Source of the DNA: a virus
Taxonomy: Duplodnaviria; Caudoviricetes
Length of the DNA: 64,000 nucleotides
Virus record (IMG/VR): IMGVR_UViG_3300048854_000113
Coordinates: 6,999 to 70,998 of that record
Reading direction: 5' to 3' (one strand)
The notes under the pieces were generated by a model that had not been told where the DNA came from, ran no database searches, and worked only from the letters and a program-made list of their open reading frames with translations. The position numbers and the translations under genes are program-made. This document shows positions 1 to 9,473 of this stretch, piece by piece. How positions within the stretch are numbered: position 1 is the first letter of the stretch; every line of letters begins with the position of its first letter.

Positions 1-1040
1 GCTGAATGCATTGGACGCGCGATAGTAGCGAATGTTTGCCGCGGGAAACTTGCCCAAGATGTTGAGCGCGCGCATTTCGAGCGACAACGGGTCGACGTCT
101 GGATGGCTGACAATAAATTGTCGAAGCGATTGCCCGCGCGTGGAGATCAAAAGCCCGCTCGAATCGACGCAACCCCACTTGTAGTCCGCATCGAACATCG
201 CATAGTAGATATAGCCAAGGATGTTCAGATCAAAACGGCTGTTGTACGTATCCACCAGAACGCGCCAGTTCCATGCGGCCATGTCCGCATCAGCCTGGCT
301 GTCCGCATCTCCGTTCGCTTCCGAGATCACGATGTACGGACCGTTAAAGCGAATCTTGAACTGCTCGATGTAATTGAAGAATGGAATCCAACCGCTGTGG
401 TTGCTATCCGGCGCGGCATAGGGGTAGTTCCACGCGTGATAACTGTGTACGCCATAGCCCGGGAAGCGGACCAACTCGCCACCACTCGTGCCGTCTGGGT
501 TCGTACCGTCCCAGAGCATCTGCGGTGCGGCGATCTCCGCAAATGTCCAAGCGCACGAGAACGGCATGATGGTGCAATTTTGAAGCACGCCTTGCAAACA
601 TCCAGCCATCACGCCGCGGAAGATCGGCCACTTCGTATTGCTGAAGTCGCTGGCGTTCGTTCCCATGACAACGCTGTTCGGCATCAGGCTGTCTTTGCGC
701 GTCATTTCGTTGCCGCACTCGAGCCCTACGACCACGTCTGAGTAAGATGCCAAAGCCGTTGCAACGTAAGTTGCCGTCGCGAGTCCGTAGGCGCGCGCTA
801 AAGCTTCCGTCGTAAAGGTGACGCCTGTATTGATGTCGACCGTGCTGACATCCAGCGTCACGTAGAGCTTCTTTCCGGTACCGTCTGCGCGAAAACGCTG
901 CGCGGTCGCGATGATCTCGTTTAACGAAGCGTCGTTTCCCTCGTACGTGAGTCGATAAGTCCCTGCGCCCAAGGTCTTGAGGTTGGGCAAGACTGCTGCT
1001 TTCTGGACGTCAGAATAATCGTAGTGCCCGTTTACGCCAT
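1..1040 (-). CDS. Clan-A (TIM barrel) glycoside hydrolase-like ORF; 3' end off window, start codon unresolved
   Basis: Manual translation: stop-free - frame from about 1107 to base 1, reading FYGVNGHYDYSDVQKAAVLPNLKTLG...VVGLECGNEM...HSYH...YIVISEANG...ILGYIYYAMFD. NE acid/base motif at 711-706, ISE nucleophile at 327-319. Missing from the ORF track. Confidence 0.7.
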
Positions 1041-1084
1041 AAAAAGGAAAAACGCCGGCACTCAGGCGTGGTGTAGTGCCGGCT
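1041..1084 (-). terminator. Intrinsic terminator
   Basis: GCCGGCACT-12nt-AGTGCCGGC stem followed by GTTTTTCCTTTTT, directly after the stop of 1083-1658. Confidence 0.7.
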
Positions 1085-1658
1085 ATGCGTTTGATACTTC
1101 TGCCGTGATCCTACCGACATTCAAGGTATCGCCAGCAGTCGCGAGCGTGCCCATGATCGTGATATTTTGCGCGACGGTCATATCCACGGTCGTCTGAACA
1201 GCAACGGCGTTAGGGGCGGAGCTATTCGTCACTTGCTGTGCGTTTGTTGCGTTCTTGTTCTGGATGATGATGGTGAGATCGGCCGATGCATTGCCCGCCA
1301 AATTGAGGGACACGCCGAGGTCTTGGTTGTTGATGGATGCAGTGATCGTTTTTGCGGTTCCGCTCAAGTTCGCGTTGACCCGCATTTTGATTTCGATATA
1401 GCTGTTTGGCAAATTCGAGGTATTGGCTGGGACTGGGATCGTCCATATCGGATACACCGTGCTGGTAGACGTGCCAATTACATTGGCCGTCGACGTGCCT
1501 TTGCTGTAAAACGTGCGTCGGGTCGGGTTGACGGCCGCGGCGATCGCGGTCTGTTGCAGCGTGCTCACCGGCTTGTTTGCGTCCGACGTGTTGTTGACCT
1601 GGTCCAGCCCCAAAGAGGCCAGAGTCGGCGTCACCGGTTTTGAAAAAAATCCGCTCAT
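1083..1658 (-). CDS. Putative tail fibre/virion accessory protein
   Basis: N-terminal LGLDQVNNTSDANKPVSTLQQTA resembles the GLGNVDNTSDADKPVS motif of phage fibres; beta-rich remainder. Confidence 0.55.
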   Translation of the reverse strand: MSGFFSKPVTPTLASLGLDQVNNTSDANKPVSTLQQTAIAAAVNPTRRTFYSKGTSTANVIGTSTSTVYPIWTIPVPANTSNLPNSYIEIKMRVNANLSGTAKTITASINNQDLGVSLNLAGNASADLTIIIQNKNATNAQQVTNSSAPNAVAVQTTVDMTVAQNITIMGTLATAGDTLNVGRITAEVSNA

Positions 1659-1661
1659 GTC

Positions 1662-2858
1662 TTAACCCTCGACGGTGCTGTAAGTTGCGCCTGCTGTGGC
1701 GGATTGCACATGGACTGCGGTGTTCGGAACAGCGATGTCCAGCACCAAGCCTTGCCCTGGAACAAGCGGAATTAATGGCGCGTTCGTCGCGGTCGTAGAT
1801 CCGACCAAGCTGACTAGAAGGGACGCGGACGCATGGGTATTGACGATCATCAGGAAGCGCCGCGCCGCGTTAGCGGGCAACGCCGTGTAATCTGTGCCGG
1901 CCGCCGCGCACGTTCCTGCCAGGCTGTTCGCCGTCGGCGCGAACGCCGGGACGATCTGCGCTTTTTGGTTCCCGTTGGTTAGCGTGGCGTCTGCGGCCGC
2001 ACCCGCCGGAAGCGGTAAAGCCGCGGCGCTGATGGCCAGCGTGCCGGTCACTGCCTTGTAGATGCCAGACAGCCAGCCTAGCAATCCCGATCCGCCGGTC
2101 GGCTGCGCGATTGAAGTGCCGCCCGCGCCCTGCGCGCCTGCGATCGTCGCGAGATTGCCGCCGCTTTCCACCGCAGCACCTGTAGGCAACGGCAACGTAG
2201 TTGCACTGATTGCCTGCGTCGCCGGCAGATTTGAGACGCTCACCGCTCCGATAACGTTAGACCCGGTCGGGAGCGAGGGCAGCGACGTGATCTGGGTCTT
2301 CTGATTCCCGTTTGTCAGCGATACATCCGTCGCCGCGCCGCTCGGAAGGGGAAGCGCTGACGCGCTGATGGGTTGCGTCGTCTGATAGAACGTCCCGGAA
2401 ACAGGAACCGTGCCGGACACTGCAACTGTTCCGCCTACCGTCAGGGTGCCAGTCAGCTTTGCGTAAATTCCTGACAACCAACCGCGGATGCCTACGCCGC
2501 CGGCCGGCGCCGTGACTCCCGTCGCATCTGTACCGTCTGCTGCTGCGCCGTTCGGCAACGGCAGTGCTGTCGCGCTGACTGCGAGCGTTCCGCTTAACGC
2601 TTTGTAGATCCCGGAGAGCCACCCACGGATACCCACAGCCCCCGCCGGCGGCGTGATGCCGGTGCCGTCGGTTCCATCGGCGGCCGCGTTGGCGGGGAGC
2701 GGGAGCGTCGCGACACTGACGGCCTGCGTCTGCGGGAAATTTGTCACGTGCGCAAGCGCGCCACCATCGGCATTCAACGCCGGCTGATTCTGCTCGATCG
2801 CCTGCAGCGCGGTTTCAGCTGCTACATCCTGCACCGGGAAATATATGATGTTCGTCAT
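1662..2858 (-). CDS. Repeat-rich fibre-like virion protein
   Basis: ALPLPxGAA repeats, GWLSGIY x3, LTNGNQK x2; start taken as MTNIIYFP at 2858. Confidence 0.55.
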   Translation of the reverse strand: MTNIIYFPVQDVAAETALQAIEQNQPALNADGGALAHVTNFPQTQAVSVATLPLPANAAADGTDGTGITPPAGAVGIRGWLSGIYKALSGTLAVSATALPLPNGAAADGTDATGVTAPAGGVGIRGWLSGIYAKLTGTLTVGGTVAVSGTVPVSGTFYQTTQPISASALPLPSGAATDVSLTNGNQKTQITSLPSLPTGSNVIGAVSVSNLPATQAISATTLPLPTGAAVESGGNLATIAGAQGAGGTSIAQPTGGSGLLGWLSGIYKAVTGTLAISAAALPLPAGAAADATLTNGNQKAQIVPAFAPTANSLAGTCAAAGTDYTALPANAARRFLMIVNTHASASLLVSLVGSTTATNAPLIPLVPGQGLVLDIAVPNTAVHVQSATAGATYSTVEG

Positions 2859-2860
2859 TT

Positions 2861-3169
2861 TTAGGCGTCCTGGACCATTGCAAACCAATAACGGTGCGTG
2901 GTGGTGAAGAGGTAAAAACTAGGTCCGCCACCCTTGCTCTCGTCGGCGACAACAAGGTAAAGGCCAATAGGCGTCGCGGGAAGCGCGGCATAGGTCGCGA
3001 CCTGCAGGACACTGATCGGCGTGCTGGTGTTGTTAGCGCCCACGGCCGTGACATTGCCGCTCGAGTCTTTCTGCCGCGCAACCCCACTCAGGTCGGTGAA
3101 CTGCGTGGTGTGACCGGACGGCGGCGTTGGAACCGTTGACGGATCCACGTTCTTTAAAACTAATGGCAT
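2861..3169 (-). CDS. Hypothetical virion-associated protein
   Basis: 102 aa ORF tightly packed in the late operon. Confidence 0.6.
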   Translation of the reverse strand: MPLVLKNVDPSTVPTPPSGHTTQFTDLSGVARQKDSSGNVTAVGANNTSTPISVLQVATYAALPATPIGLYLVVADESKGGGPSFYLFTTTHRYWFAMVQDA

Positions 3170-3172
3170 GTG

Positions 3173-3799
3173 CTAAACCTCAATCAGGAAGCCATCGACT
3201 TGAAGGGTGCCGTCAATCTGGATCGGCATCGCCGATACAACCTGAGCGGAATCGGGAACAACGAACGTCGAGCCATCTGTAACGCTGGCCGGCGCGTATG
3301 ACGGGCTGCTCGGAGAACTAGGGGAACTCGGCGTGCCCGGCGTGCTCGTGCCGTCGCTTTGCACCACGGCCAATGTCAAATACACGCTGCCGCGTGCAAC
3401 CGAATAGCCTTGACCGTTTTGGGAATAGACACGGCATTCCCATATCCCCATCGCGTAAGTCGGTGCTCCGTCGAAGATTTGTGCGATGGGCCCTATGGCT
3501 AACGCGGAAGGTTGAAAGGCCGCGCAGTCGTCGTCTGTGACCGAGATCGTGATGCTATTGGCGGTGACGGTTTGCCCGTCCTTTGTGGTGCTCAGCACGA
3601 TTCCGCTGTCAGACGATGACTTTGTCAGCAACGGTAGAAGAGACGCCGCACCTTGCCGGATCTGCATCCGCGCTATGAAGTTCGTCAGGTCAAGCAATAC
3701 GCCCGACGAGTCTTTGAGGTTTGGGATAACAATCTGATTTCCGATACCCTGATCAAATGTCAGGTCGGTCGACGTCGCTGTCATGATATGTCCGGGCAT
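3173..3799 (-). CDS. BppU-like fibre adaptor/baseplate upper protein
   Basis: LLDLTNFIARMQIRQ motif typical of BppU-type N-terminal domains; alternative start at 3784. Confidence 0.5.
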   Translation of the reverse strand: MPGHIMTATSTDLTFDQGIGNQIVIPNLKDSSGVLLDLTNFIARMQIRQGAASLLPLLTKSSSDSGIVLSTTKDGQTVTANSITISVTDDDCAAFQPSALAIGPIAQIFDGAPTYAMGIWECRVYSQNGQGYSVARGSVYLTLAVVQSDGTSTPGTPSSPSSPSSPSYAPASVTDGSTFVVPDSAQVVSAMPIQIDGTLQVDGFLIEV

Positions 3800-3823
3800 A
3801 AAAAAACCACCGTCGGTGGCTTA
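3799..3823 (-). terminator. Intrinsic terminator
   Basis: GCCACC-GAC-GGTGGT hairpin plus TTTTTT on the - strand. Confidence 0.6.
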
Positions 3824-3928
3824 AGATGTATCTGCTCAAGTGGTTACAACCTATGGGACACCAGTCGCGTTGATAAAGAGGCCGATTTGATCGACCTGCT
3901 AAAATCGCGAAAACTCCTAAAAATTCCC

Positions 3929-5107
3929 ATGACCGAACGAAACTACTCTCTAGATGGCCTACGGGGATTCGCCGCATTGGCTGTGATCTTTTCTCACGCT
4001 GCAATGGCGTTCTATCCTTGGCTTGAGTACGGGACGAACGCTCAAAGCCCGTTTTGGATGCGGCTTGTCTACAATTCGCCCTTGGCGATCGTCTACAACG
4101 GCAACCTATCGGTCAGTATCTTTTTCGTATTGAGCGGCTATGTGCTGTCCGTCAAGTTTTTTAGGTCGGGAGACAGCGATCACATTCGCGGCATGTTTGT
4201 GAAGCGTTACTTCAGGCTCGCTCCTCCGGTGCTTTTCGTGTGCCTGCTCAATTACGCGGTCATGAAAAGTGGGTTGATGTTCAATCAACTATCAACCGTG
4301 TCAGCTTGGGCGAGAGAGCAGTTCCACGCGAATCCGAATCTCTACGACGCGATCGTTGAGGGTGTATGGCGCGACTACTTGGTGTGGTTCCCAGTTTATA
4401 ACCCGCCAGCATGGACTATGCGCATCGAGTTCTTAGGTTCGATGATGGTATTCGCTGTGTGCCTGCTTGCAAAGCGCATACCGAACCGCTGGATCCTGTA
4501 CATAGTCATTACCTTAGCTCTGTGTTTGACAGAAGATTACTTTGGAACTTTGTTCGCATCGTTTTTCATAGGTGTATGGGCCGCAGAATCTCCTCGCAAG
4601 AAGTTATCCAACGCTCGGTCCGTCGTGTTGCTCGTCGTCGCACTCTATCTTGGAAGCTATCATGCAACATCGTCATTTCATGCGCCTCTAGCGTGGGCCG
4701 TAGAATCGCTGAACCTTTGGCATCCCGACTATCTGATTACCGCCGCCGCATCGACCTGCATCTTCTATGTCGTTCTGACAAACGCTGCTGCTAAAAAGGT
4801 GTTCGAGCTAGGTAGGGAACTCGGCCGTCGTTCATATTGTTTTTACCTCGTTCACATGGGAATCTTCATGAGCGTGGGCATGTATGTTTTCGATCACTTG
4901 CAACGCATGACTGGCGTGTCTAAGGATGCCGCGATCGGCCTTTCGGTACTATCGACTATTCTTGTCACCTACTTTGCTTCGGGACTTATGACCACCTGGA
5001 TAGACGAGCCCGCAATCAAGTGGTCAGGAAAGATTCTTCGTCGTGTCTCGGGAAGTAGTACCTCTCGATCGCAGGATCAAGAGGTGGATAGAATCTCAGC
5101 CCCTTGA
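3929..5107 (+). CDS. Acyltransferase family 3 (OafA/YrhL-like) moron
   Basis: YSLDGLRGFAALAVIFSH, FFVLSGY, RYFRLAP, WTMRIEF and SYCFYLVH motifs; many TM segments; antisense to the late operon; visibly more AT-rich. Start at ATG 3929 rather than 3653. Confidence 0.9.
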   Translation: MTERNYSLDGLRGFAALAVIFSHAAMAFYPWLEYGTNAQSPFWMRLVYNSPLAIVYNGNLSVSIFFVLSGYVLSVKFFRSGDSDHIRGMFVKRYFRLAPPVLFVCLLNYAVMKSGLMFNQLSTVSAWAREQFHANPNLYDAIVEGVWRDYLVWFPVYNPPAWTMRIEFLGSMMVFAVCLLAKRIPNRWILYIVITLALCLTEDYFGTLFASFFIGVWAAESPRKKLSNARSVVLLVVALYLGSYHATSSFHAPLAWAVESLNLWHPDYLITAAASTCIFYVVLTNAAAKKVFELGRELGRRSYCFYLVHMGIFMSVGMYVFDHLQRMTGVSKDAAIGLSVLSTILVTYFASGLMTTWIDEPAIKWSGKILRRVSGSSTSRSQDQEVDRISAP

Positions 5108-5109
5108 AG

Positions 5110-5514
5110 TTAAGAGTTAGGAACAACTGGCCACACAGGCGACTGTTGCGTTAGATCAACGCGATTGACTAACACCCGATATGTCTTCCACGCCTTTAGC
5201 GCGGCACCGTCAGCGTCTGTCGCCATATCAAGATCGACCGCGTCTTGCAATGGAGCAATCGCCGATGTGGCTTGCGCAAGTAAAGCGTCGCGGGTCGCAG
5301 AGTTTGCCGCAAGCGTCTCGGCTGCCGTGGGCGGCGGAACGACTGGAGGTGCCGGCGGAGTGAACGTCGCTCCATCGTAGGCGAAGCCGATGCCCACAGA
5401 GCTATCGTTGGGTAATTCGACCATGGTCACGCCTTCCGGCGGCGTCCAGCCGTCCTCTCCGTCCCAAACTATTACGTTCGTGACAACACCGCCTTCGATA
5501 TACGCATAGTTCAT
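5110..5514 (-). CDS. Tail fibre assembly chaperone (Tfa/gp38-like)
   Basis: IAPLQDAVDLDMATDADGAALKAWKTYRVLVNRVD...WPVVP motif; follows the fibre gene. Confidence 0.9.
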   Translation of the reverse strand: MNYAYIEGGVVTNVIVWDGEDGWTPPEGVTMVELPNDSSVGIGFAYDGATFTPPAPPVVPPPTAAETLAANSATRDALLAQATSAIAPLQDAVDLDMATDADGAALKAWKTYRVLVNRVDLTQQSPVWPVVPNS

Positions 5515-5519
5515 TCAGA

Positions 5520-6833
5520 TCACCATTCGATAATTACAAGGCCAGGGGAGCCGGCGCCGCCGTTGCCGCCGGCTGCGGTATTTGCAAAAGCGTAAGCACC
5601 ACCGCCGCCGCCGCCACCAGAACCAAAGCCGAACGCATTCACCCCGCCGGTCGCGCCGGAAGCGCGGCCAGCACCGCCGCCGCCGCCCCCACCAAATGGA
5701 CCAGACGCTCCGCCGCCACCGTTGCCACTCGCGTTTCCTTGCGTCGTATCGCTTCCATAGGTGCCGTTCGGGTATCCAGTGCCACCAGTTGCGCCGCCAG
5801 CAGAACCTGATGTGGCTAAGACGCCGGCAAAGCCAGGTTGTCCACCAGCCAACGACTGCAACCCCGTAATCAGCGTTGTGCCACCGGCGGTCCCTCCACC
5901 GCCGCCCGCTCCAAATGCGCCGGCACCGGCAGTGCCGGCAGCTCCTACGGTGATTGCGATGACTTGGCCCGGCGTGACCGTGTAGGGTGCCCGTATGACC
6001 GATTGGCCAGCGCCGCCACCGCCACCGCCGCTACCAATTTGCGACGTCGTCGACCCGCCCCCAGCCGAACCGCCGCCACCGCCTGCAGTAGCAGAAAGAT
6101 AAATCGTCGTAACACCAGCAGGGACCGTGAACGAACCGCTTGCGGTAAATCGAGAAATTCCGTGCAGCGGAATAGCTTGAATCTGAGCAAGCAGAGCAGC
6201 GCTCAAGAACGGCGCGCCAGAATATTGGGAGATATTGCCGCTCGTGATTGTTGTCGCGCCAAACGCGACTGTGACAACCCACAGTCCGTTGAAGCCGGCA
6301 TCTGGCGTTGGCGTCACCTGAGTACCGGTTGCCGCTGCCACACCAGCCTTGATCTGCAACTGAATGGTATTGTCCCGATACGTAGTGTTCGATGTGCCTG
6401 TCCCGTTCGGGCCGCTATACGCTTGAGCGGGGTTTGCCGCGTTGTAGTACGGCAGCACGACCGAACCCGCGTCGACTTCCTGAAACGCGCCTTCAATGAG
6501 GTAGTTGATCGAGAAACCGGCCGTGGTCGGTGCCGGACAAGAAAAGTTGACTGCATCGAGCAGAATGCCCTGCTTCATGATCTGATGCGCATCGGCTGCG
6601 AGCGACGAGTACGCGCCCGTGTCTGTGGCTTGCAGCGAATACGCACGCCCCTGATTAACATTCACAGTCATCCCAGCGGGCGCTGTCGCCACACAGCCAA
6701 GACCCGAATACAACGTCGAGGTGCCGATCATGTCTTGCAGCAAATGACCGATAGCGATCATCACATTCTTGTTCGTGCTGAGAATGTCGGTCTCAAGCGG
6801 GATCGCACCTGGATAAACGATTTGACGCTTCAT
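5520..6833 (-). CDS. Tail fibre protein with Gly-rich C-terminal domain
   Basis: Lies after baseplate genes; C-terminal FTASGSFTVPAGVT...GGGGGAG...GLVIIEW Gly-rich domain. Confidence 0.85.
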   Translation of the reverse strand: MKRQIVYPGAIPLETDILSTNKNVMIAIGHLLQDMIGTSTLYSGLGCVATAPAGMTVNVNQGRAYSLQATDTGAYSSLAADAHQIMKQGILLDAVNFSCPAPTTAGFSINYLIEGAFQEVDAGSVVLPYYNAANPAQAYSGPNGTGTSNTTYRDNTIQLQIKAGVAAATGTQVTPTPDAGFNGLWVVTVAFGATTITSGNISQYSGAPFLSAALLAQIQAIPLHGISRFTASGSFTVPAGVTTIYLSATAGGGGGSAGGGSTTSQIGSGGGGGGAGQSVIRAPYTVTPGQVIAITVGAAGTAGAGAFGAGGGGGTAGGTTLITGLQSLAGGQPGFAGVLATSGSAGGATGGTGYPNGTYGSDTTQGNASGNGGGGASGPFGGGGGGGAGRASGATGGVNAFGFGSGGGGGGGAYAFANTAAGGNGGAGSPGLVIIEW

Positions 6834-6852
6834 GGATTGGTTTCCAGAAATG

Positions 6853-6878
6853 AAAAAGCCCGCATATCGGCGGGCTGA
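6853..6878 (-). terminator. Intrinsic terminator
   Basis: AGCCCGC-CGATAT-GCGGGCT hairpin plus TTTT. Confidence 0.75.
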
Positions 6879-6895
6879 GATGCTTCGGCGGGAAT

Positions 6896-8329
6896 CTAAC
6901 TGCTAATACGTGTCCAGGCGATTGTCCCTGCGGGGATGACTGAGGCTATAGCTGCATAGATGTCGGCGTCGGTAACGGCTGTCTGAACCATTGCAAGGCT
7001 CGCGTATTCGCCGCGGGCGCCAACGCTATACCCAGCAGGCGATGTTCCGTAGCCCGCCACGTATGGAATGCCGGTGCCGCTCGGGCGATATGCTGTGATG
7101 AAAGCCTGATACGGCAACAGCAAAGATCCATACGCGCCGGCAACGCCGTAGCCGCCGAGGTATCCATATTTCGGAGCGACCGAGAACGTCTTCGTGATCC
7201 CGTCGCCAACCGAGAAGTTAGCGTTCGACACCGCGACGTTCGAGCCTTTCTGAGCGCTCGCATACGTGCCGGACCATGATAGTGCGGCGCCGACCACGGG
7301 AGCGGCCGGAAACACAATCGCACCGCTCGCGCTGTACGAAAAGTCGGTGCCTGTCGCCGACCCGGCCATCGTCGGAATGTACGAATTAGGCGACGAAGCT
7401 TGCTCTGCTTGTGCCCCCCAAAGCGAGATCGTGCCCGGCCGATCCAACGGATACACGACAAACGAGTCCTGCGCTATTGATACTGGTTCGGAAAACGTAA
7501 TCGCGCACCGATAAAACCCGTTAGGTGCAGCCAAAATTGCTGCTGTAGCGCCGCCCGACGAACTGACCACGGCACCGGTGAATAGATTAAAAACAGCCAG
7601 CGGAGCTGGCGCAAGCTTGTCGTTGCTTAGCGTGAATTGCGCGCCAACAGAACCCGCCTTCGCAAAAATATAGTAAGTTTGAGGTGCGCTCGGGGTGTTG
7701 TTCAGCAAGTAATAGAGGTTACCTCCAGCGCTCGACGTGAACGACGCCAGTGACGCCGTGTTCGATCCGTCGGGCGCGACACCCGCATTTGCTGCGATCG
7801 TCGTACCAAGGTACGCCGAGAAATTGTTGATTGACGCTACATTGTTCGTGCGTGGTGTCGAGTACAGCTGCTGCACGCCTTGCCAGTCGCTGCGAAAGAT
7901 CTGCGGGCTTCCAATGATCGTTATCGCATCCGTCCCGCCGTATCCGCCGGTGTCACTAGCTCTTTTGGGTTCCACGATCAAAGGGGCTCGCCCCGTCAGA
8001 TCTCTAAGCACCTTCACCACCGCTGCGCGAGTCCCTCGCTCGCGGAACATATTGACGATGATTCGATTTAGAAAGGACGGGTCCGATTCATTCGTGCGGC
8101 GGATTAAATCGGTGCCAAAGAAATCGGCCGCAATCATGTCGAGCCAGCCACCCGTTGCACTCTTGATCCGAGTTTGCAGGATGGCGTAGCCGATCAGCAG
8201 GTAGATGAACGCAAAGCCGGTCGCCGCAGCGCGCATCAGCGCCGTCACAACCGGTGGGCTATCACCAAACCAGCGCGGCAAGTAGCCCATCAGCCGCGAG
8301 AAAATGTCGTCGTTGTCGCCAGTCGCCAT
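6896..8329 (-). CDS. Baseplate wedge protein (gpI/gp48-like) with about 260 aa inserted domain
   Basis: Follows baseplate J; WLDMIAADFFG...RRTNESD...RERGTR core; insert at about 7157-7936. Confidence 0.7.
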   Translation of the reverse strand: MATGDNDDIFSRLMGYLPRWFGDSPPVVTALMRAAATGFAFIYLLIGYAILQTRIKSATGGWLDMIAADFFGTDLIRRTNESDPSFLNRIIVNMFRERGTRAAVVKVLRDLTGRAPLIVEPKRASDTGGYGGTDAITIIGSPQIFRSDWQGVQQLYSTPRTNNVASINNFSAYLGTTIAANAGVAPDGSNTASLASFTSSAGGNLYYLLNNTPSAPQTYYIFAKAGSVGAQFTLSNDKLAPAPLAVFNLFTGAVVSSSGGATAAILAAPNGFYRCAITFSEPVSIAQDSFVVYPLDRPGTISLWGAQAEQASSPNSYIPTMAGSATGTDFSYSASGAIVFPAAPVVGAALSWSGTYASAQKGSNVAVSNANFSVGDGITKTFSVAPKYGYLGGYGVAGAYGSLLLPYQAFITAYRPSGTGIPYVAGYGTSPAGYSVGARGEYASLAMVQTAVTDADIYAAIASVIPAGTIAWTRISS

Positions 8330-8330
8330 C

Positions 8331-9473
8331 TCAATTTACCGTCAAAGTTGCTGCCTTGATTGTCTGCTGCGCGCTGGCACTGATGTCCGCAACTCCGCCG
8401 TTGAGCGTCACGCCGGTGACGTTCGTCACGCCCGGAGAAGAGTCATACGCGACCTGCGCCAGCTTGCTGTACGGAAGCAGCATGATTTGCGTGGTTGAGT
8501 CGCGCGGCAGGGTGTTGATGAAGTTCTGTAGGGCGGCGATCACTACTGCCACCACAGCGCTGTGGGTGTAGCCGGCCGCCGTCGCAATAGTCATCACGAT
8601 GCTTGCGGATACCACGTTCGGCTTGAAGACATCGAAGGTCACGGTAAAAGGGCGCACAAGGTCGATCGCGTTGTAGACGGTCGACACTAGCGAATCGGGG
8701 GGCGCGCCGGATCCGTCGTCGATCACCGCAAAGAAATAGCCAGGCTGGTACACACCTGCTTTGGTCTGGTTTTCGGTGAGCGTTTCGGTAATGCCCTGTT
8801 GCAACGACAGGATTGCATAGACGATCGCGGCTTTCGTGGCCTTCGATAGGCTCTTCAGGTACGAAATGAAGCGTGCACGGAGCGCAGGATCTGTCTCTGC
8901 GTCAACTCCGCTGGTTAATGCAGCTGCGTTCGTGACCGTATCGACGCCCGGAATCGCCTGGGCGAGCGCACTGATGGATCCTGAAACGACATTCGCGGCG
9001 GTGCCAGCGGTCAGTGCGATGACAGGCGCGGTTACGCTCGCCACGCCCGGCGCTAGAACATAGCCACCAAGCGCGGCGCTGTATGCGGCGTTTGTCGAGT
9101 CGAGCTCGACAGCGAACTGTTGCGATCCATCACCCGTTTGCACCAGTGCGCCGATTGGCACGACCGCCTGCTGAGTAGGCGTGAAGCGTGAAAACGTCTC
9201 TTGGCCGGTCGCAAACGACGCCGGGAGTCGCGTAAGCCCGAAGTCTGCAACGAACGAATCGAGATCCGCTCCATTCGAGGTTGCCGCTCGAGTCTTCGCG
9301 AGCACCTGCAGGATCATGCCCTGCAACCACAAGACGCATGCTGCTTGAGCTTCAGACAGTGCACGAAGCACAGAGCCGATCGTGAAGTCGACCAGCCGCG
9401 ATGAGTAACCCTGAACCGCCGCCGCATAGTCTTGCACGATCGTCGTGAACGACTTGGTTTGCAGGTCCGACAT
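8331..9473 (-). CDS. Baseplate J/gp47 family protein
   Basis: GSVLRAL, DLDSFVADFGLTR and GVDAETDPALRARF motifs. Confidence 0.92.
   Translation of the reverse strand: MSDLQTKSFTTIVQDYAAAVQGYSSRLVDFTIGSVLRALSEAQAACVLWLQGMILQVLAKTRAATSNGADLDSFVADFGLTRLPASFATGQETFSRFTPTQQAVVPIGALVQTGDGSQQFAVELDSTNAAYSAALGGYVLAPGVASVTAPVIALTAGTAANVVSGSISALAQAIPGVDTVTNAAALTSGVDAETDPALRARFISYLKSLSKATKAAIVYAILSLQQGITETLTENQTKAGVYQPGYFFAVIDDGSGAPPDSLVSTVYNAIDLVRPFTVTFDVFKPNVVSASIVMTIATAAGYTHSAVVAVVIAALQNFINTLPRDSTTQIMLLPYSKLAQVAYDSSPGVTNVTGVTLNGGVADISASAQQTIKAATLTVN

Noticed and set aside
103-741. 212 aa + strand ORF
   Set aside because: Antisense shadow of the glycoside hydrolase frame; no motifs.
3653-3928. N-terminal extension of the acyltransferase in the ORF track
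   Set aside because: Overlaps a real - strand gene and a terminator; family motifs begin just after ATG 3929.
5110-6833. Possible invertible or DGR-diversified tail fibre
   Set aside because: No invertase, reverse transcriptase, template repeat or flanking inverted repeats seen in the window.
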